From Schaalia odontolytica (GTDB taxonomy: Bacteria; Actinomycetota; Actinomycetes; Actinomycetales; Actinomycetaceae), in NCBI RefSeq assembly GCF_005696695.1, contig NZ_CP040006.1, positions 780,001 through 812,000 of the forward strand: a stretch of DNA of 32,000 nt. The letters are read 5' to 3'. Made by a program: the position numbers and the translations under genes. This document shows, piece by piece, positions 27,453-32,000 of the stretch; within the stretch, counting starts at the first letter, position 1; each line of letters opens with the position of its first letter. The notes under the pieces are model-generated. The model searched no databases. It saw only the letters and a list, made by a program, of their open reading frames with translations, and was not told the origin of the DNA.

Positions 27453-28007
27453 TTAGGGGCGGCCGATCGCTGTGAGGACGAGCAGCTGGCAGTCCTTGGA
27501 CACCGCTATAGCGCTGATGGGCAGGGTTCTGAAATCCTTATTTCCCTTGCCTTTCTCGGGTGGGAGAATGGCGTTGGCGTGATCGGGGTTGATCGTCGAG
27601 AAGTGGCAGTTCTCGGGCACGAACTTGTGGAGCCGCGGATTGATTCCGGGCAGAACGCTCGCGTCCCCGGTTGCTCCTTCCATGAGGGTGTCGATCGTCG
27701 TGGTGGGGACGGTGGCGACTCCGGTCAACCAGTATTCGGGATCCTGCTCGAGGGAGTGGAGGATTCCCGAATGGGTGCGAGCGGCGACCACGTTGCCGTT
27801 GGTTGCTTGCATTCCCGGCCAACGCTCGTTGAACGAGTCGAGGCGTGTCTGCACCTTCGTCTTACGGTCGCTCGTGTAGGTAAACGGGGCGAAGCGTGGG
27901 TCCTGCAAGCCGTTCGAGCGGGAATTACCCTGCGCGAACGGGTTGCACGCGGTGGCGAGAGCCGCGACCGCGAGTAGGGGCACGATGGTCTTGAGGGGGA
28001 GCTTCAT
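27453..28007 (-). CDS. Predicted lipoprotein, paralog 2 of 3 (most divergent)
   Basis: MKLPLKTIVPLLAVAALATAC followed by NPFAQ. It has the same block order as paralogs 1 and 3, with many substitutions (DPRFAPFTY, ERWPGM, PEYWLTGVATVP, LPGINPRLHKFVPENCHFSTIN, DCQLLVLTAIG). Confidence 0.75.
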   Translation of the reverse strand: MKLPLKTIVPLLAVAALATACNPFAQGNSRSNGLQDPRFAPFTYTSDRKTKVQTRLDSFNERWPGMQATNGNVVAARTHSGILHSLEQDPEYWLTGVATVPTTTIDTLMEGATGDASVLPGINPRLHKFVPENCHFSTINPDHANAILPPEKGKGNKDFRTLPISAIAVSKDCQLLVLTAIGRP

Positions 28008-28112
28008 GGCTTTCCTTGGCTGGTCCTTTGGACTGTCATTGACGAGACCGGGGTGAGGGGCGTCAACGCGGTGCTTGAGAGCGTGTCTTGGCAGTTACGA
28101 CCATGCAACTGC

Positions 28113-28694
28113 TCACTGGGATTGGCCAGGATACGAAGGGGGAGTGTACTCATGCCCGAGCGCTGTCATCACGACCAGATGACAGTTCTTTGACACCGCA
28201 AAACCGGTGATTGGGATTGGGGTGAAGCCTTTCGTGGCCTTATCGATGTCTATCCCGAGGCGATCGTCGGCAAATTTGGCGTCGATGGTTGTGAACTGGC
28301 AGTCCTGAGGGACGTATTCATAGAGACCGGGGTAGATCCCGGGCAAGAGAGAGGTGTCGCCGATGTTGTTGTCAACCAGCTGAGTGATTGTCTCGTCCGG
28401 GACGGTCGCGACAGCGGTGATCCAAAACTCTGGTTCCGTCTGCGGAATACCAAAACCCGAACGAGAGTATTCGACCGTGATGTGGGCTTCAGAAGCTGCC
28501 AGCCCCGGCCAACGGAGGTTAAGTGAATCGACGCGCGTTTGGATCTTAGGTTCTTCATTAAAGTCGAAGACGAACTCAGAGAAACGCGGATCCTTCGGGT
28601 ACTGAGGAGCCGTCTTGTGTGCGAAGGGGTTGCACGCTGCCGTGAGAGCCACCGCGACGAGGATCGGGAGGATGAGTTGACGTATGGACTTCAC
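28113..28694 (-). CDS. Predicted lipoprotein, paralog 3 of 3
   Basis: GTG start at 28694, 3 nt after the upstream stop. MKSIRQLILPILVAVALTAAC followed by NPFAHKTAPQYPKDPRFSEFVF. It is close to paralog 1 and has a C-terminal EYTPPSYPGQSQ tail. Confidence 0.72.
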   Translation of the reverse strand: MKSIRQLILPILVAVALTAACNPFAHKTAPQYPKDPRFSEFVFDFNEEPKIQTRVDSLNLRWPGLAASEAHITVEYSRSGFGIPQTEPEFWITAVATVPDETITQLVDNNIGDTSLLPGIYPGLYEYVPQDCQFTTIDAKFADDRLGIDIDKATKGFTPIPITGFAVSKNCHLVVMTALGHEYTPPSYPGQSQ

Positions 28695-28697
28695 CCG

Positions 28698-29060
28698 TCA
28701 CACCCCGATGTGCGCGCAGACATACACATACTGTCCGCAGACCGCGACGCGGGTCGGGTAGCTGCTAATGCCGAGATAGGTCGGCAGGTCGGGACCGGTC
28801 ATCCAGCGCTGGCCTGCGAGGTGTTCAAGGGCCTCGGGAAGCCACAGATCACCCGTGTATTCGCCGGTGCAATTGTCGACGAGGAGGTCACTCCACTCCT
28901 GGTTCACCTCAACGCAGATCACCATGAACCTATCCGATGGAAGTGGAAGATCCGACTCGGACTTTAAAATGACGCGACGGTCAATGACGCGAAAAAACTC
29001 GTGGGTCGGCAGCAGTTCGTCGAGCATCTCCGCTGACATGAGCTGACGGAAACTCACCAT
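28698..29060 (-). CDS. Small cytosolic protein, candidate immunity protein (no recognised family)
   Basis: 120 aa. ATG 29060 is preceded by AAAGGAGG. No signal peptide is present. It sits directly downstream (33 nt) of the putative toxin gene. The assignment rests on position only. Confidence 0.5.
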   Translation of the reverse strand: MVSFRQLMSAEMLDELLPTHEFFRVIDRRVILKSESDLPLPSDRFMVICVEVNQEWSDLLVDNCTGEYTGDLWLPEALEHLAGQRWMTGPDLPTYLGISSYPTRVAVCGQYVYVCAHIGV

Positions 29061-29093
29061 GGGCTGCGGCCTCCTTTCTCGTTCCTGTTTTCT

Positions 29094-30278
29094 TTATCGG
29101 CGACCGTTATTGTCGTAGACCGGCTGAAAAGGTGGTTGTTGGCCGACCTTCCAGGTGTATGTCTTGGTCATGCTCCCACTGGTCTCGAAGCTTTTGGCCC
29201 ATCCGAGTTCCTCGAAACGGCCGTTGACATCATCGCCGAGGCCTGTAATTGAGTCGTGATCGCCCCTGTTGAAGTTCCACTTGTCCCGCGCATGAACGGT
29301 CACGGTCGCGGTGATCGTGTCCCCGTTGACCTGAACGTCGGTGTCGGTGTAGGTGTTGTGGCCGCCGAGTGTCCATCTCCAGTTCGCTGTCTCCGGATAA
29401 TTTCCGGTTGCGCCGAGACTGGTCTGGGGTCCATGGAGCGTGACGCCGGACTGGCCGGCCAAAGCCGCCTCGTTCGCCGCTGCCAGCGCACCATTGAGTT
29501 CTCCGTTGACGTGGTTACGGATACCTGCGTCCTCCTTGTACGCTCTCTCGTAATCGACAGACATGGGCGTGCCGGTGTTGTCGCGGAAATGCGCGTAGCA
29601 CCTCGCTGCGTCGGTCATGCCGAGGCTATATGCGCCGCCGAGGCCGCTCTGTCCCGCCTCCCAGAGGGCATAATCTCCGGCGTTGGCTTGCCCCTTCTTT
29701 GACCCCCAGACGAAATCTTCGTCCCATTTCTGGGTGCGATCGGGCTCGACGGTCGAATAGCCGCCCCATGTCGTGTAAGGCGTCGCTCCCGGTCCGGCCG
29801 TGATTGCAGCCTGCAAATCGTACTGCTCGAAGGCCGAGACCCGCGGGGCCAGGATGTTTCGATACTGAGTCGCCAGGATGAAGAGTCGTCCGATGTCCTT
29901 GGGGCTTGCAAACAGCAGGCGGTTTCGGAGCGGTCGAACACCCCACGTGTCAGTGACGACGAAACCATGGAGCTCGATCTGCTCTACCAGCGTAATAACG
30001 TCGCCCTGAAGGCTCGTCTTGTTCGTGCGATATGTCGTAACGACAGTCTGTAACTCTTCAACCAGCGCGATGTGAGTGTTGATCTGGCTTTCAATCTTCT
30101 GCAGATTGGCGAGGAGCGCGTCGGCGCTCTGGCCCTGCATCGTCTGTGTAATGAGCTCTTTTGCGTGCGCAATATCGTCCAACTTCGCCTGATCCTCGCG
30201 AAGTACCAAATCGCACCTGGCAATCGTGTCCGTGAAGCTGGACAAATCGAGTGCGTAGAGTTCCGTTTTCGTTACCAC
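29094..30278 (-). CDS. Candidate polymorphic toxin: WXG100/LXG-like N-terminal helical domain plus a C-terminal domain of unknown function
   Basis: GTG 30278 is preceded by GAAGGGGGA. The N-terminal ~120 aa is heptad-like helical, with a central MQGQSADALLANLQKI turn resembling the W/L-x-G..A..A loop of WXG100/LXG domains. No signal peptide is present. The C-terminal ~230 aa is Gly/Thr/Asn-rich (...AARCYAHFRDNTG...HARDKWNFNRGDHDSITGLGDDVNGRFEELGWAKSFETSG...) and I could not assign a motif. Confidence 0.6.
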   Translation of the reverse strand: MVTKTELYALDLSSFTDTIARCDLVLREDQAKLDDIAHAKELITQTMQGQSADALLANLQKIESQINTHIALVEELQTVVTTYRTNKTSLQGDVITLVEQIELHGFVVTDTWGVRPLRNRLLFASPKDIGRLFILATQYRNILAPRVSAFEQYDLQAAITAGPGATPYTTWGGYSTVEPDRTQKWDEDFVWGSKKGQANAGDYALWEAGQSGLGGAYSLGMTDAARCYAHFRDNTGTPMSVDYERAYKEDAGIRNHVNGELNGALAAANEAALAGQSGVTLHGPQTSLGATGNYPETANWRWTLGGHNTYTDTDVQVNGDTITATVTVHARDKWNFNRGDHDSITGLGDDVNGRFEELGWAKSFETSGSMTKTYTWKVGQQPPFQPVYDNNGRR

Positions 30279-30562
30279 GAAATGTCCCCCTTCAGGACGG
30301 AGGCAATCGAGTCGGAGATGTCGCGTTCCATGGCTTCGAAGGAATGGAGCGTCTTGAGCATGTTTGCGCGGGTCTTCTTCATCGCTTTCTGGATGCTCTT
30401 TTGTTCCTCATTGATGACCTGGATAGGCTCGCTGATCCGCTGTGCGTAGATGCGGCTGCACGGATCTCCCGCGGGGGGCGTGACCTCTGTGGTGGATGAT
30501 GACCCGTCGAGGTACTGAGCCGCCGTGCGTAAGGCGTCGCTCGAAAAACTCAAGTCCGGCAC
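30272..30562 (-). CDS. Small alpha-helical protein, candidate partner/chaperone of the downstream toxin
   Basis: 96 aa. GTG 30562 lies 6 nt after AAAGGAGA. Its stop overlaps the next start (GTGGTAA, 30272-30278). The C-terminal half is predicted helical (EEQKSIQKAMKKTRANMLKTLHSFEAMERDISDSIASVL). Its size and position match the small helical partners encoded upstream of LXG/WXG effectors. Confidence 0.5.
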   Translation of the reverse strand: MPDLSFSSDALRTAAQYLDGSSSTTEVTPPAGDPCSRIYAQRISEPIQVINEEQKSIQKAMKKTRANMLKTLHSFEAMERDISDSIASVLKGDISW

Positions 30563-30604
30563 TGTCGTCTCCTTTGTCCGTACTTCTGTTAGGAGCCTAC
30601 AAGG

Positions 30605-30643
30605 GGGAGGTCCCGGGAAGCAACTTGCTTCCCGGGACCTCCC
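30605..30643 (-). terminator. Strong stem-loop terminator after the lactate permease gene
   Basis: A perfect 17-bp stem, gggaggtcccgggaagc / gcttcccgggacctccc, with loop aactt. It begins 19 nt downstream of the permease stop (30662) on the minus strand. Confidence 0.7.
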
Positions 30644-30661
30644 GAGCCCATCCGCCGGCGA

Positions 30662-32000
30662 TCAGTGCGGCATGTAGGCGCCGAGCCAGCCCTGGGATGC
30701 GATGAACACCAGGGTGCACAGCACGAGGAGCAGGCCGATCGAGTAGGGGGCGGCCTTCTTGAGGATTTCCGCGTCGGAGCCCTTCGAATCCACCGCGGTC
30801 GCGGCGATCGCGAGGTTCTGCGGGGAAACGATCTTGCCGATACCGCCGCCGATTGTGTTGGCGGCCAGCAGGATCGACGGGTCGAGGCCCGCGCCGGCTG
30901 CGGCGGTCGACTGCAGGTTTGCGAAGAGCGCGCCCGCCGAGGTCGCGGAGCCTGCGACGGCCGTGCCGATCCAGCCCAGGATGGGGGAGAGGAACGCGAA
31001 GGCCGCGCCCGTCGTCGCCAGCGCGGCGCCGATCGAGGTGGTCTGGCCGGAGAAGTTCATGACGAAGGCGAGGGCCATGACGGAGGCGATCGTCAGGATG
31101 GCCATGCGCAGCGAGTAGATGGTGCGCGGCAGGACCGCGAACATCTCACCCACGGAGGTCTGGAAGCGTCCGTTCGAGGAGTTCGTGCCGTAGACGATGG
31201 CGACGATGATGCCGGTGACGAAGATCCAGGTGCCGGGGTTGGACAGGATCTGCAGGTTGTAGTTGGCGGCGGTCGAGGGGGAACCGTCGGCGGTCAGCAG
31301 GTTGCCGTAGATGCCGGGCCACGGGATCTTCACGTCTGTCGAGGAGAAGAAGGCAGCGACCGGCTTGGCCAGCTTCGTGATCGCGATGATGACGACGACG
31401 AGGACGTAGGGCAGCAGGGCCAGGCCGATGCGCGAGCCGGTGGGCTTGTCGGCCTCGTCGGCCTCGGTTGCGCACTCCGCAGGGGTCGTCGGGCCCCAGA
31501 CCAGCAGGAAGACGTAGCAGGCCGCGAAGCCCAGGAGTGAGGCGACGACGGCGGTTAGCTCGTAGGAGACCGATGGGGTGAAGAAGTGGCCCGCACCGGC
31601 AGCAAGGCCGGCAACGAGGGCGAGGGGCCAGAGCTGGCGCACGCCGCGGCTACCGTCGAGGATGAACAGCATTAGGACCGGGATGAACAGACAGAAGATC
31701 CAGGTCAGGTGGCCCATGTCGCCGGCGACGACAACGGGCTCTGCGCCGCCGAGCTTACCCGCGGTGGTCGTGGGGATCGCCATGGCACCAAAGCCCACGT
31801 TGATGGCGTTGCCGACGACGGTGACGACAGCAGCCTTGATCTTCGGGACGCCGAGGGTCACTAGCATGGCGCAGGTGATGGCCACGGGGGCGCCGAAGCC
31901 GGCCAGGCCCTCGAGCAGGCCGCAGAAGCACCAAGCGACGATGAGGGCCTGGGCGCGCTGGTCGCCGCGGCCGATCGTATTAAAGACGGCCTTCAGGTCA
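30662..32000 (-). CDS. lctP: L-lactate permease (LctP family), 5' end outside window
   Basis: The frame is open to the window edge (...DLKAVFNTIGRGDQRAQALIVAWCFCGLLEGLAGFGAPVAITCAMLVTLGVP...). The GFGAPVAI block and the multi-TM C-terminal half are typical of LldP/LctP. The first M in the track ORF is an internal GTG. Confidence 0.9.
   Translation of the reverse strand, partial: DLKAVFNTIGRGDQRAQALIVAWCFCGLLEGLAGFGAPVAITCAMLVTLGVPKIKAAVVTVVGNAINVGFGAMAIPTTTAGKLGGAEPVVVAGDMGHLTWIFCLFIPVLMLFILDGSRGVRQLWPLALVAGLAAGAGHFFTPSVSYELTAVVASLLGFAACYVFLLVWGPTTPAECATEADEADKPTGSRIGLALLPYVLVVVIIAITKLAKPVAAFFSSTDVKIPWPGIYGNLLTADGSPSTAANYNLQILSNPGTWIFVTGIIVAIVYGTNSSNGRFQTSVGEMFAVLPRTIYSLRMAILTIASVMALAFVMNFSGQTTSIGAALATTGAAFAFLSPILGWIGTAVAGSATSAGALFANLQSTAAAGAGLDPSILLAANTIGGGIGKIVSPQNLAIAATAVDSKGSDAEILKKAAPYSIGLLLVLCTLVFIASQGWLGAYMPH

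Noticed and set aside
27444-28967. Plus-strand ORFs 27444-27977 and 28539-28967, antisense to the lipoprotein and immunity genes.
   Set aside because: They have no RBS or start context and no motifs. The minus-strand frames give three mutually homologous lipoproteins with signal peptides, which is much stronger evidence.

Overview
High-GC (about two-thirds G+C by eye) actinobacterial chromosomal DNA. Gene content and the WYYL-type cell-wall-binding repeats suggest an Actinomyces/Schaalia-like organism; that placement is inference only.

Layout:
(1) 1-12 kb is a surface-protease locus. It holds the C-terminal fragment of a cell-wall-binding-repeat protein, a 1444-aa double-headed subtilase (two propeptide+S8 modules in one polypeptide), and a single-module S8 paralog. 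Between the two proteases lie a small AT-rich RHH-antitoxin/toxin pair and an uncharacterised trio: a signal-anchored SRPBCC-like protein translationally coupled to a 9-TM membrane protein, plus a divergent paralog of that membrane protein.
(2) 12-23.4 kb is housekeeping: an RclA/MerA-like flavoprotein disulfide reductase, an orphan Phd-like antitoxin, hrpB, a 33-bp x3.3 intergenic tandem repeat, phoH-ybeY-CNNM/CorC-era, and a short UvrA-like ATPase lacking the UvrB-binding insert.
(3) 23.4-32 kb is a lactate utilisation locus (lutCBA and a partial lactate permease), all on the minus strand. A visibly lower-GC six-gene cassette of about 3.9 kb (26.7-30.65 kb) lies between lutA and the permease.

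The cassette encodes a small helical protein, a 394-aa protein with a WXG/LXG-like N-terminal helical domain and an unrecognisable C-terminal domain, a small cytosolic protein, and three tandem paralogous lipoproteins. I read it as a candidate type VII-style polymorphic toxin/immunity system with an unassigned toxin domain. It is the most interesting part of the window.

No rRNA, tRNA, CRISPR array, transposase or integrase was recognised. Many long ORFs in the track are antisense or off-frame artefacts of high GC and were rejected.
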